The translations under genes and the position numbers were made by a program. A stretch of 63,436 nt of DNA, counting the filler, from Candidatus Desantisbacteria bacterium CG1_02_49_89 (GTDB taxonomy: Bacteria; Desantisbacteria; UBA1551): assembly GCA_001871075.1 (NCBI GenBank). It is 5 parts of 5 records of this genome, joined end to end, with 100 filler letters (N's around TTAATTAATTAA, not from the genome) between each part and the next. Parts side by side here need not be neighbours in the genome. Positions count along the whole stretch, not along the records: positions 18,931 to 48,857 come from MNUP01000032.1; 4 more parts are not named here. The stretch is one strand, 5' to 3'. Below are positions 29,687-39,515 of this stretch, piece by piece (position 1 is the first letter of the stretch; every line of letters begins with the position of its first letter). The notes under the pieces were generated by a model that worked only from the letters and a program-made list of their open reading frames with translations, was not told the origin of the DNA and did not search any database.

Positions 29687-30748
29687 CTACCTTATTAATT
29701 TCAATATCTCTAATCCTTCTTCTTCGCTCGGGCAATTTGTTGAAATAAACAAACCATCTGAAGAAAGTTCCTTTAAAATATCTTTTATGTGGCTGCCTGG
29801 AAATCCAAGCAGCCATAATTTTTTTCCGGCTGATTGTATCTTGTGATAAAGCGGAAACCACTTTTCAGATTCAAGGCCTGGATGGCCTGCGCCGGGTGTC
29901 CACTGTATCCCATCCAGCCTGTCAATCGCCAAAAGTGAATCCAGGTGCTGGATCGCTTCTTCCCCGTCCAGATGATAAAAGGAATGGTCAAGCCATTCGC
30001 ACTGTTTTATAAAATAAGGAAGCGCGAACTCATCAAACATATCCCTTGATATCATTGCTGACATATCACATTGAAGCTTGCACATTTTACCCGGTGCCCA
30101 TGTCTGAAAGAAGACAGAGCAGGACCCCCGGTTCTTTCCATCAACGGCCTTATAGAGTCCGTCGTAAGACTTAAACCATAGGTCTAATATTTTCTTCTGG
30201 CATTGAAGGACCTGTTTGGGCAAATCCTTAAGGTCCAGTAAAAGCTGTTCTGAACCGCGCAAAGACGCGATCGTGTCAAGGTTCTCGATAAAATCAGGAA
30301 GCGAAACCATGAATTCCCCTTTGCTAGCCTCTGTTGCCTTCCTGGCAATATCAAGAGCAAACTTCCACCACTTGTTATTCTGGTCCAACTTTATCCTGGC
30401 AAGGTCTTTCCAATCTTTAATGCACGGGCTATACCATACTGTGTCCTCTGCAAAAACCGGCTCACAGCCGATATGGGTTGCGAAGCTTCCTGGCCCAAGG
30501 TGGGTGTCAATACCCGGGAAAGCATCTTGAAGGAATTTGCAGCTATTTAGGTAGTTTATCCCCTGAGCAATACGATAATCTATATTGGTCCATTTCTCTT
30601 CTAAGCTTTTAACTGCCGGTATGGTGATTTTGGGCATAGGTTCTTTCCTCGGAGCATAAACCTGGAATATCATCCCTTCTGATCCCCTGCCCTTCCACCA
30701 CTTTGTCCATCTTCCTTTTGCTGTTTCCCAGTCTTCTTTGTACTTCAT
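29687..30748 (-). CDS. URO-D/MtaA-like TIM-barrel protein
   Basis: ASLRG, LQCDMSAMIS..MFDEF, YHLDG, IQWTPGAG motifs. Confidence 0.75.
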   Translation of the reverse strand: MKYKEDWETAKGRWTKWWKGRGSEGMIFQVYAPRKEPMPKITIPAVKSLEEKWTNIDYRIAQGINYLNSCKFLQDAFPGIDTHLGPGSFATHIGCEPVFAEDTVWYSPCIKDWKDLARIKLDQNNKWWKFALDIARKATEASKGEFMVSLPDFIENLDTIASLRGSEQLLLDLKDLPKQVLQCQKKILDLWFKSYDGLYKAVDGKNRGSCSVFFQTWAPGKMCKLQCDMSAMISRDMFDEFALPYFIKQCEWLDHSFYHLDGEEAIQHLDSLLAIDRLDGIQWTPGAGHPGLESEKWFPLYHKIQSAGKKLWLLGFPGSHIKDILKELSSDGLFISTNCPSEEEGLEILKLIR

Positions 30749-30759
30749 GTTCTCTCCAA

Positions 30760-30775
30760 TGTTTCACGTGAAACA
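30760..30775. promoter_or_regulatory. parS: parS chromosome partition site
   Basis: Perfect palindrome TGTTTCACGTGAAACA matching the ParB/Spo0J consensus. Confidence 0.88.
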
Positions 30776-30925
30776 TAGATTTTGCTTAATTTTATTTAAA
30801 ATACTATAATTTGGGATAGAGTTACTACTCTTTGAATAGAAGAAGTTTAAAAGATGGGAATAAATATACTATTATTGCTAAAAATTGATATTAAATTGGT
30901 TTTATATAAACATGCTGTTAAAATA

Positions 30926-31711
30926 CTATCCCTGACTGCTTTTTATGCTGTCAATCCACTTTTTAGTCCACTCAACAGCATCAAGCCTTAGATCGCAGAT
31001 GCAGCTCGCAAGAAAAATAATTCCTTCTATCTCCCCTGTTTTAAGAAGATCCAGGCCGAACCTGCATTGTTTTTCCATCAGCTCGACCTGCATCGGTTTG
31101 CTGTTCCCGAAATCATACATGTAGCAACCCAGTACCTTACGGCTCCCCGGGCACATTTTTTTCAGTTTCGCAAAATTCATTTCAAGACGCGCGAGATCTT
31201 CCGAATGCCAGGTCCACAGCGTTGTCACGTCGCACTCGTCAAGATACGGTTTTACCGCCAAATCCAGCTCGTGGGTGTAAAGAGTTACCCATAAATCCAA
31301 TTTGTGCCCTGCGTCTGTCCTGTTGGACAGGCTTCTGCGTATATTCGCAATGTCCTGAGGTTTATACGCATTCATCCGGAAGGAGAAAAAATCATCCATT
31401 ATTACGCCGCGTATGTTGGGGAATTTTTTTGATAGCTCAAGTAAGACAGGCACTTCGCTCTCGTTTGAACTTGCTGAATCGCCGATTATTGACCAGACCA
31501 CTCTGTTTAACTTTTTAAAAGACGCGGCATACTTGCTGTATTCGGGAACTTCCGGCTTGTTGTTAAGCCTGACAAAGAGGATGTTGGAGACGCCCATGTA
31601 AGAAGCCGCTTCCGCAGGCGATATTTTTGATCCTTCCTTAAACCCGTACTGGTTATTCACTCCGCCCGCAACATGCGTCCACAACCATAATTTATCCAAT
31701 ATGTTCAACAT
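30926..31711 (-). CDS. Conserved hypothetical protein, likely TIM barrel
   Basis: Clean ORF with GAGGTGG SD before ATG 31711; GVIMDDFF motif. Confidence 0.7.
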   Translation of the reverse strand: MLNILDKLWLWTHVAGGVNNQYGFKEGSKISPAEAASYMGVSNILFVRLNNKPEVPEYSKYAASFKKLNRVVWSIIGDSASSNESEVPVLLELSKKFPNIRGVIMDDFFSFRMNAYKPQDIANIRRSLSNRTDAGHKLDLWVTLYTHELDLAVKPYLDECDVTTLWTWHSEDLARLEMNFAKLKKMCPGSRKVLGCYMYDFGNSKPMQVELMEKQCRFGLDLLKTGEIEGIIFLASCICDLRLDAVEWTKKWIDSIKSSQG

Positions 31712-31842
31712 AACCACCTCTGTAACCACGAATTTCCACGGATTCTCACGAATTTTTCACAGGGAACCCTTCACCAAGATCGGCGGGCAAGCTTACGAGA
31801 ACTTAAAATTTTTGGTTTAAACAAATGACAAATGACTATTGA

Positions 31843-33531
31843 CTAATGACTGCTTATAAAGGGCTTTAAACGCAGGTTCAGCGCCTTTGATTTCCCGTCG
31901 GAAATTGATAAGACAGACCCTGTTCCGCAGCTGTTCCAGTCCGCGATTAGTTTCCCGCCTTTTTTCGCACCGGAAATTTTAACCGCGGCTTTTCCTCCGT
32001 CGGCTTCAAGGTTCACAAGAACGATCTTTCCGAAGTTATAAACGCCGGGCTTCAGGCTGCCCAGCGTTATTATCTTCCTGCTCCGGACGATACCGAGCTT
32101 CAGGACCTTCGGGGCGCAGGTAAAGCGCAGGGTTGCGGCAATGTTCTTCTTAAGCGGTTTTGCGGAAACTAGTATTTCCTTATCCTTGAAAATCCATTCG
32201 GCTTCGACATTTTTATCCTTCCAGATAAAGACGCGCTCATTCTTTTTAAACAGTTTACCGGGGGAAACGGTTTTGGTGCCGGGCACGGCAAAGATCGAAA
32301 AATGCATGGGTTTGTTTTCATCAATATCAACAACGGGATTATCATCCTTTCTGTCCAACCTGAACCTGCTGCTGTCAAGCAAATAGGGGATTATCCACCT
32401 GGCGAATTTCTCCTCTGCTTTCTTGCTCCAGTACGGGTCTTTCTTTTTAATGTCGTAAACGCGAAGGTCTGTAAGCCTCGGATATGCTGCGCTGCCTTTA
32501 TCATGGCGCAGGCGTGCCCTGTAATAAGGAGTGCATGCAACTACGCAACTGCTATTCTTTAAAGAGCTTCTCCAGCCCCCGGGCTGGTACAGGATCTGAG
32601 CAGGGGAGGGGGCGGAAAAATTTCGAAGATAATTTTTTGAAAACTCGCTTGCTGTCACGCTTTCCGCCCTTCCTTCTTTATGCAGTTTTGCCAGGCAGGC
32701 GATCTGCTCTTCGTACGCCGCGGCAAGCATTTTCCAGTCCCACCCGTTCTCCGCTACAAAAGAAGCAAGCCCGACTGGTTTTTCGCCAAGCGCGTGGTCT
32801 GTCAGTTTGTTTATGTAGTCTATTATCACGCTGCCCTTCAGGCTGCGCTGCTGTATCATTGCCACTTCTGTGGACCATATCCCTTTTTCATTACCGTAGT
32901 TTGAAGTAAGGTCTTCGGTAATCACCGGGTAAATAACTTCTTTGCCCTGCCCCTGCTTTGACTGCGCGGGCTGCCAGATATATCTGCGTGAAGGCCGGAA
33001 GGGAAGGTTTGGCCACCCGCCCCACAGCGTGTATCCGTCAATGCCGAACTGGTTCCTGCAAAGCCCTATCGCGCGCACCTTGTATTTTTCCGCCAGGTAC
33101 TGAGCGGAAAAACTGTCGATCATCCACATAGACACGGTTTTCGGGTAAAACCTGAAGAGGGAGCGGTAACGCTTCATTATTACGTCGATCAGCAGCTTTC
33201 TTTCCTTTTGGCTATAACCCATTGTCAGGCAATATTTTGCCCAGAACCATTCTTCTCCCTGCCTGATCTTAAAAGGAATGCCTGCCTCCCTGCAATGGGA
33301 AGAGGTGATCTCCAGCCATACCCCGAGTTCCTGGTCTTTATCCAATCCTTTGCACAGCTCGATATATTCCGGGTCGCAAAGCGCGTCGTACCTGGGCAGC
33401 CAGGTCCCCGCGATGCCGTGTTTTTCAAGCAGGCGCTTCATTCCCCAGGCCATCTCCCTGTTGTTCCACGCCGGAGGCGTATCATCGCCGCGCAGGGGCA
33501 AGTTGTAGATAATATACTTATCTGTTTTCAT
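31843..33531 (-). CDS. Hypothetical protein with a glycoside hydrolase/deacetylase-type N-terminal barrel
   Basis: TWL..YDAL, ELGVWLEI, YPKTV..W.ID, DGYTLWGG motifs. Confidence 0.55.
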   Translation of the reverse strand: MKTDKYIIYNLPLRGDDTPPAWNNREMAWGMKRLLEKHGIAGTWLPRYDALCDPEYIELCKGLDKDQELGVWLEITSSHCREAGIPFKIRQGEEWFWAKYCLTMGYSQKERKLLIDVIMKRYRSLFRFYPKTVSMWMIDSFSAQYLAEKYKVRAIGLCRNQFGIDGYTLWGGWPNLPFRPSRRYIWQPAQSKQGQGKEVIYPVITEDLTSNYGNEKGIWSTEVAMIQQRSLKGSVIIDYINKLTDHALGEKPVGLASFVAENGWDWKMLAAAYEEQIACLAKLHKEGRAESVTASEFSKNYLRNFSAPSPAQILYQPGGWRSSLKNSSCVVACTPYYRARLRHDKGSAAYPRLTDLRVYDIKKKDPYWSKKAEEKFARWIIPYLLDSSRFRLDRKDDNPVVDIDENKPMHFSIFAVPGTKTVSPGKLFKKNERVFIWKDKNVEAEWIFKDKEILVSAKPLKKNIAATLRFTCAPKVLKLGIVRSRKIITLGSLKPGVYNFGKIVLVNLEADGGKAAVKISGAKKGGKLIADWNSCGTGSVLSISDGKSKALNLRLKPFISSH

Positions 33532-33544
33532 ATGTCTTCAGCTC

Positions 33545-33717
33545 AATTATGAATTATGAGTTATGAATTATGAATCAAAAGCATGGATTTTTATTGTAAC
33601 TCAGGGCTTTAGCCCTGATATCAAACCTGAAGGTTTGAGTTACACATCGTTCTCAGTGCCTTCAGTGGCTAAAGCTTGTTTCGTGCTTTCGTGATACTTT
33701 CGTGCTTTCGTGGAAAT
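33545..33717. repeat. 7-mer TTATGAR array, GTAA REP doublet and TTTCGTG 9-mer array
   Basis: The same 7-mer/linker/REP module occurs at 48424-48497. Confidence 0.8.
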
Positions 33718-33730
33718 TGTTGTTTTGGTA

Positions 33731-34798
33731 TTATGGTGTACCGAAGTCCTTTATTGCCCTGACTATCTCGGGAATGCTTGTCCTCCAGCAATCCGCAGGC
33801 ACGTTCTCGGATATCTGTATCTGCAGGCTGCCGGAATGGCCCGCTTCTTCAAGTATCTTCATAGCGTGGGCGTAAACCTCAGCGGGTTTTGAAAGGTGGA
33901 CAGAGGAAGGGAAATTGAGAAGGAGTTTCATACGGGGCCACATTTGCAGGGCTTCCGCGGCTGTTGTGTCGCCTACAGGCACGGGTGTAAACGAATCTAT
34001 GCCGCCTATCCCGGACCCGGCGATCCCGTCTTTCAGCGGTTTAAGGTTTCCGTCCAGGTGCGCGACTACAAGTGTCTTGCTTTCTGAAAGCATGCTTGCC
34101 AGCTCCCTGTAAAGAGGAACGCAATATTTGTCGAAGAACCGCGGGCCTATCGCAGGCGCCGTGATGTTGTCTATTATATCCACGAAGGGCAGGGGAACTT
34201 TTTCTGCCGCGGCCCTGACGATCCCAAATACCTGCCGCAGCTGGCCGGCAAGCATATCAACGCACTCCTGCACTACGTCAGGGAAATCGCTGAGGTGCAT
34301 GCAGAGGCTCTCAAGCCCTGTCCATTCGATCCACAGCTGCTGGTAAGGGGTGCGCCCTACCGAAACAAGAGGAAGCCCGTCGCTGCCAGCCCATTTGTCA
34401 TCCTCGAGGAACTGCGCGGTATTTTCCAGGACAACGCAGTCCTTAAGGTATTCCATGAAAATTATGTAGTCTTCCCTGGTCCGGACAAAGTGCCTTGTGA
34501 TATGCGAGCTTCCGTATGCCGGTTCGATGAGCCTTTCCTGGACAAGCGAACCCTTGGGTGTATGGATGGTAGTGACAACGCCTTTCCTTCCGTCTTTTTC
34601 AATGTCTTTTGTCTCAAACCTGCAAAGAGGGAACTCAAAGCGGTGCAGCGAGGTCCATTTCAGAATGCCCATGTTTTCCCTGCCGACCAGGTCCCAGATG
34701 TCCCGCGTCCGCGCCGCGCAGTTGTCATACTGGACAAAAGGCACGCGGTCATGCTTACGCCCCCGAAGAACGGCAAGCATCCTCTTCCGCATAGTCAT
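33731..34798 (-). CDS. URO-D family protein
   Basis: RKRMLAVLRG..HDRVP, F..YCVP.Y, HLDG, IDSFTP motifs. Confidence 0.75.
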   Translation of the reverse strand: MTMRKRMLAVLRGRKHDRVPFVQYDNCAARTRDIWDLVGRENMGILKWTSLHRFEFPLCRFETKDIEKDGRKGVVTTIHTPKGSLVQERLIEPAYGSSHITRHFVRTREDYIIFMEYLKDCVVLENTAQFLEDDKWAGSDGLPLVSVGRTPYQQLWIEWTGLESLCMHLSDFPDVVQECVDMLAGQLRQVFGIVRAAAEKVPLPFVDIIDNITAPAIGPRFFDKYCVPLYRELASMLSESKTLVVAHLDGNLKPLKDGIAGSGIGGIDSFTPVPVGDTTAAEALQMWPRMKLLLNFPSSVHLSKPAEVYAHAMKILEEAGHSGSLQIQISENVPADCWRTSIPEIVRAIKDFGTP

Positions 34799-34807
34799 AA
34801 AAACTCC

Positions 34808-35016
34808 GGTTACTCGTTACTGGTTGCTGGTTACTTGGTAAATACTGTTAAAAGTTAAAGGTTGAAGGTTAAAGGTTGGAAGCCAAACTGTGTTTACCTG
34901 TGTTTATCTGTGGTTAAAAAGCCAAGGGTTGTCTTTCTCCGTGCCTCCCCACCCTGCGCAAAGGCAGGGCGAGGTCTCGCCCCGATATCGATCAGGGCGG
35001 ATGTGTCTCCGTGGTG
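34808..35016. repeat. Tandem 7/9-mer arrays with a double-hairpin insert at 34948-35001
   Basis: GGTTACT, GGTTRAA and CTGTGTTTA arrays; the insert splits CTCCGTGCCTC^TGTGTCTCCGTGG. Confidence 0.75.
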
Positions 35017-35039
35017 ATCTTTTCATGTTTTAGTGGTAA

Positions 35040-36284
35040 TCAGTAAATTGCGAAACTGCGGATCACCGGGGTACCGGCGCTTTTCAGGACGCGCAGGCGC
35101 GCGCGGCTTGCCATAACAGGCTCTATACGGTCTATCTTCTTATGCCCGACAGCGCTCCCTGTCACGATCGTTTTCCACTCGTCGTTAGCCAGAACTTCGA
35201 TCCTGTAAGCCCTAACTCTTTCGCCATGCCTGATGTCCTCCATGGCCACAAAATGCTTAATAACCGTGTCCTTTTCGAGGTCGAGCTCGAAAACACTGCC
35301 CTTGCCTTTTGTTTCCGCCAGCAGGGAACTGAAACGGTTCTTTATCTCGATGCCGAATTCCGCGGCGCGCTCTACGTCAGCAGAGGGTATCAGCCCTGTC
35401 CTGTCGGGGGTGTGGTTAAGAAGAAGGTTGCAGCCGTGGCCTACTGACCGGTAGTAAATGTCCATTAGCTTGTCAAGGCTTTTCAAAGTGCCTTCGTTCG
35501 TCGTGAACCAGAACCAGTCCCTGCGGATCGCCACGTCGCATTCCGCGGGCATCCATTTTGTTCCCTTGCCGCCCGCGGCCGCGTTCCTTTCGGGAGACCA
35601 GTCCTTATCGTTATTCGAAACCGTGTTCCGCGCCGGGTAGGGAGCGACGCCGTCCTCGTTGCCGACCCAGCGGATCGTCGCCCTGTTGCTTCCGAATACC
35701 ATTGCCTCAGGCTGGTATTTCTTGATAACAGGCCCTGCGAGGTCGCCGTCAGCTCCGCCGTCAAACCAAATTTCAACAAGCTTTCCGTATCCCGTGCACA
35801 ACTCTTCAAGCTGCTGCCTGTAAATTTTATTATAGAGTTCCTGGTGGCAGGATCTTCCTGAACGCGCTATCCCGCTTGTTGTTATCCCGAAGTGGTCGTC
35901 CCTTGGAGACAGATAAAAACCCAGGGGCATTTTTCTTTTCCTGCATTCTTTCGCGAGGTCCCCGCAAATATCGCCTTTTCCTTTGCGCCAGGGAATGCTC
36001 TTCACGCTGTAATCCGTTGTTTTCGTGGGCCACATGCAGAAGCCGCCGCAGTGCTTGGCGGTAAAAACGATGTATTTCGCGTTCATGGATTCGGCTACAT
36101 CCACCCACTGCGCGGCGTCCAGTTCCTTTGGGTTTATTTCGGAAAGGGGAGTATAAAGCATGTCATAGTGCTGGTCCTGCCAGGTATTGGGCGCGAAATG
36201 TATGAACATCCCGATCTCAAGGTCCTGCCATGCTGCCTGCGCCGGGCTTGGCAGAGCAAGCCTGTGTTTTTTACTGCCTGTCAT
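35040..36284 (-). CDS. GH29 alpha-L-fucosidase
   Basis: GMFIHF, TAKHCGGFCMWP, EIWFDG, RWVGNEDG, SVG...NLLLN; C-terminal CBM32-like sandwich. Confidence 0.92.
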   Translation of the reverse strand: MTGSKKHRLALPSPAQAAWQDLEIGMFIHFAPNTWQDQHYDMLYTPLSEINPKELDAAQWVDVAESMNAKYIVFTAKHCGGFCMWPTKTTDYSVKSIPWRKGKGDICGDLAKECRKRKMPLGFYLSPRDDHFGITTSGIARSGRSCHQELYNKIYRQQLEELCTGYGKLVEIWFDGGADGDLAGPVIKKYQPEAMVFGSNRATIRWVGNEDGVAPYPARNTVSNNDKDWSPERNAAAGGKGTKWMPAECDVAIRRDWFWFTTNEGTLKSLDKLMDIYYRSVGHGCNLLLNHTPDRTGLIPSADVERAAEFGIEIKNRFSSLLAETKGKGSVFELDLEKDTVIKHFVAMEDIRHGERVRAYRIEVLANDEWKTIVTGSAVGHKKIDRIEPVMASRARLRVLKSAGTPVIRSFAIY

Positions 36285-36393
36285 ATTGTCTCCTTTTTTC
36301 AACTGATGATTGCGGTGATTATAAAAGATAGTTGTCGGTTGTCAGTTGTGAGTTGTCAGTTCATAACCATAACTGAAATTTCGTGCTTTCGTG

Positions 36394-36466
36394 ACGTAGC
36401 CCGCCACGATTATTGGCGGGCGAAGATCCCTGCGTTACAGCTCCAGCTTCATCGGAGCTGCAGGGG
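36394..36466. mobile_element. 73-nt variant of the 67-nt mini-element
   Basis: Scaffold CGTAG..CGAAGATCCCTGCGTTA..CTGCAGGGG with different hairpins, inside a 9-mer array. Confidence 0.65.
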
Positions 36467-37360
36467 CTAATCCGCGGTTAAAATTTGCTCTTTGCCGGAG
36501 GTGATCGAGACGTCGATCGCATTGAGGATCGCCTGGACTTCAAGGCTGTCCTCCGGCCTGGCAGGCGGTTCCCCGCCGCTGAAGAATTTTATGATCTCTT
36601 TAAGAAGGTCCGTGTATATGAAAGACGTGTCCACGGCAAGGAACTTCATTCCCTTTTCGTCATGGCAGTATATGCCGTAGTGGTAAACGCCCTCATTCAG
36701 CTGTATTATCCCGCGCCTTCCGCCCTTGTATTCAACGCAGGCAATTGCCCCGCATCCGTCCTTGCGCGCAAATACTTTCTCCGCCCCTGTTCCCATAACC
36801 CTTTCCAGCATTTCAACCGCGTGCACGCCGTACCAGACAACGGAACTCCCGGCAGGGGCCTGGCCCAGAGGACCGACGGCCATACAGATCTTCGGGCGGG
36901 AAAATTCGCGCGATATCTCAAGCACCTGCGGGGCGAAGCGCAGGGAGGAAGCCGAGAATACCCTGACCTTTGAGCCTGCCGCGATCGAAAAGATCTCCTT
37001 CGCGTTTTCCATGGTGTCCGCGGGCGGCTTGTCAAGGAAAACCGGCTTTCCGAGCCCTGCCGCCTTTTTGAAATACTCAAGGTGCGGCGAAGGATCGTTG
37101 ATCTCAAGCATGAGAGTGTCCACGCCGTCTGCCGCCTCTTTAAAATCCCGCGTAACCTTCACGCCCCACTGTTCCATCTGCTGCTGGCGTTTATCCTGGT
37201 CAGGCTCTGTCTGGAAAGGGGAGGGGAACCTGAGGCATTTGACAGCTTTCATGCCCTTTACTTTCTGGTCTGCCGGGCAGTCCGGGGCCTGCAGCCTGCG
37301 CGTGAATTCTATGCTGTGGCTTGTGTCCAGACCGATGATGCCAACCATTATGTCCTTCAT
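36467..37360 (-). CDS. Gfo/Idh/MocA oxidoreductase
   Basis: GIIGLDTSH, FLDKP, SASSLRF, WYGVH. Confidence 0.88.
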   Translation of the reverse strand: MKDIMVGIIGLDTSHSIEFTRRLQAPDCPADQKVKGMKAVKCLRFPSPFQTEPDQDKRQQQMEQWGVKVTRDFKEAADGVDTLMLEINDPSPHLEYFKKAAGLGKPVFLDKPPADTMENAKEIFSIAAGSKVRVFSASSLRFAPQVLEISREFSRPKICMAVGPLGQAPAGSSVVWYGVHAVEMLERVMGTGAEKVFARKDGCGAIACVEYKGGRRGIIQLNEGVYHYGIYCHDEKGMKFLAVDTSFIYTDLLKEIIKFFSGGEPPARPEDSLEVQAILNAIDVSITSGKEQILTAD

Positions 37361-37375
37361 CCAGCCTCCTTTAAT

Positions 37376-37545
37376 GCGTGTCAGCGTATCAACGTGTCAA
37401 CGTGTCAACGCAAAAGCAAGGAATTTATTTTAAACTTTAGCAACAAAACATATTCTTTCGTGCTTTCGTGTTTTCCTCGCCCATCCTTTCAGGTGGGCGA
37501 AGTCTCGCCCGCTGAAAGACGGGCGGAGTGTTTTCGTGGAAATTA
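37376..37545. repeat. 8-mer array, GCAAGGAATTT linker and 52-nt double-hairpin insert (37476-37527)
   Basis: The insert is identical to 54822-54873. Confidence 0.85.
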
Positions 37546-37548
37546 GTA

Positions 37549-39354
37549 TTAATCTGGCTTGAAGCATGATTTTCTTTCAGGCGGGATTTCTCCATGAAAC
37601 GGCAGCCAGGAGCGGTAATGCGTGCCGAACGCTCCGGCACTCGCGAAATCGCACAGCGCAAGCTCCCTGCCATCCGCTGCCTTGAATTTCAGCAGGACCC
37701 ACGGCTTCGCCCAATTTTTAAATGTTAAATCTTTAAATCTTGCAATCTTATAATCGAGTTTTTCAGGATCAATCGCCGGCACGTTATCCGGGTCCATTGA
37801 ATTAAACCTCTGGTCATATGCCAAAAGTAACGGCCCGCGGTAAACCGAGATTTTTCCCGCCTTTTCCTTTTCTCCCTCCCAGAAATGCAAAGAGAGATCG
37901 AACAGAACATTAACTACATTAACACCATTACAAACATTTTCTATTAAAACATAAGAACCAGGGACAATGTTTTTTATCGGTTTGCCGTTGGCCGTTATTT
38001 TGGTATTCTTTGACCAGGCCGGAACGCGCAGGAATATCGGCACGCCGGTTTTCCCTGAGGCAGAAACCCTTATCTTCACCTTTCCTGAAACCGGGTAATC
38101 TGTTTCCTGTTCTATTTTTATCTTTGTATTTTTGCCGGCAACTGCCTCGATCCTGCACGGACCAAAGTAGTTTATCGCTATCCCGCCGTCTTTTTCCATG
38201 AACGCCCATTCGGAAAGCATTCCTAAGCCCCGCGGCCCGTTAACCGAGCAGCAGTTCAGCTCAGGAGCTCCCTGGTATGCCTGGAAAACTATCTCGTGCG
38301 CGGAAGCCTTGCGCACGCCGTCCATCGGCGTGTTATACGTGCACCACCTGCCTGAAGGGTGCTGCGCTCCAAGCAGGGCGTTGAATAAGGAAAGCTCGAT
38401 CTCATCCGCGACAGCCGGGTCGCCTGTGATCCGCAGGATATCTATTGAAAGCGCGGCCCACGCCACAACGCAGCAGGTCTCAATCGCCCTCTCGTCATAT
38501 GGATTGCCTACTGCCTGCTCTGCCGAAGAAAACGCGCCTGTGTTATGCCTGTCAAACCGCCTTATGCTCTGCCATATATGCGTTACCGCCTTCCTGTATT
38601 TTTCGTCCCCGGTTATAAGATACAGCTCAGCGATCGCCTGTATGCCGTGTATGCTCTCCCACCTGGGCTTGGGGGTCTGGAAGAATTCTTTGCCTTCAAG
38701 GGCTGTCCGCACGTAATCGCCGGCTGGCGGGGTCTCCCAGTCCTTCTCGATCTCCCTCGCCATCCGCAGGTAGCGCTCGTTCCCGGTAATCTTATAAAGG
38801 ATACAGAACCCGTGGATGCTTGAAAGGTTCATCTCGTCCGAACCGGCGCTTATCGCGCGCACCCCTGTGCCGAGGAACTTGTCACACATAACATCAGCCG
38901 CTTTGCAGGCGGCGTTCAAAACCTTCCGATCTTTTGTCTCCTGCCACCACATAACAAGGCCCAGGATAATGTGATAATGGCTCCAGAGGTCCCACAGCGG
39001 ATTTTTGCCGTCGAATATCATGCCTGTAAGGCGCTCTGCTTTGGGGTGCGCGCCAAGGTACCCGTCAGCGTCCTGCAGCGATACCAGTTTTGCCGTGAAA
39101 TCCTTTATGAACTTGAACAGCCGCTTGTCCCTGGTAAGCCTGTATCCCTGCACCGCGGATATAAGGTATTTCCCGGCGAATTCCCCAGACCACGGCTGCA
39201 GCTCGCGCCTGGGTTTCCTGTCCCTGTCAGCGAACATGTACAGCATCGCGGGATTGGAAAGCGGAGCCTGCAGCAGCCAGTTCTCCTGGTTTTTCGCTAT
39301 CCGCTCTCCGACGTATCCGCCGAATTTATATTTTGCCTTTGCCAGCCGCTCCAC
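37549..39354 (-). CDS. GH127 beta-L-arabinofuranosidase-like protein
   Basis: GKY, ETCC, NCCSVNG.RG Zn-Cys motifs, TDYP, RGPL. Confidence 0.88.
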   Translation of the reverse strand: MERLAKAKYKFGGYVGERIAKNQENWLLQAPLSNPAMLYMFADRDRKPRRELQPWSGEFAGKYLISAVQGYRLTRDKRLFKFIKDFTAKLVSLQDADGYLGAHPKAERLTGMIFDGKNPLWDLWSHYHIILGLVMWWQETKDRKVLNAACKAADVMCDKFLGTGVRAISAGSDEMNLSSIHGFCILYKITGNERYLRMAREIEKDWETPPAGDYVRTALEGKEFFQTPKPRWESIHGIQAIAELYLITGDEKYRKAVTHIWQSIRRFDRHNTGAFSSAEQAVGNPYDERAIETCCVVAWAALSIDILRITGDPAVADEIELSLFNALLGAQHPSGRWCTYNTPMDGVRKASAHEIVFQAYQGAPELNCCSVNGPRGLGMLSEWAFMEKDGGIAINYFGPCRIEAVAGKNTKIKIEQETDYPVSGKVKIRVSASGKTGVPIFLRVPAWSKNTKITANGKPIKNIVPGSYVLIENVCNGVNVVNVLFDLSLHFWEGEKEKAGKISVYRGPLLLAYDQRFNSMDPDNVPAIDPEKLDYKIARFKDLTFKNWAKPWVLLKFKAADGRELALCDFASAGAFGTHYRSWLPFHGEIPPERKSCFKPD

Positions 39355-39368
39355 TTTAGTCTCCTTGT

Positions 39369-39511
39369 TAGAGTCACAGAGTCAAAGAGTCACAGAGTCA
39401 AAGTAGATACTGTGTTTATCCGTGGAAATCATTTACTTTTGCATTTTACACTTTGCATTTTGCATTTTGACTTGTATTTCCCCTTACACGTTACACGTTA
39501 CACCTTACACG
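39369..39511. repeat. Adjacent tandem arrays (AGAGTCAM, TTTGCAT, TTACACG)
   Basis: About four units of each motif read directly from the sequence. Confidence 0.85.
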
Positions 39512-39515
39512 AGTT

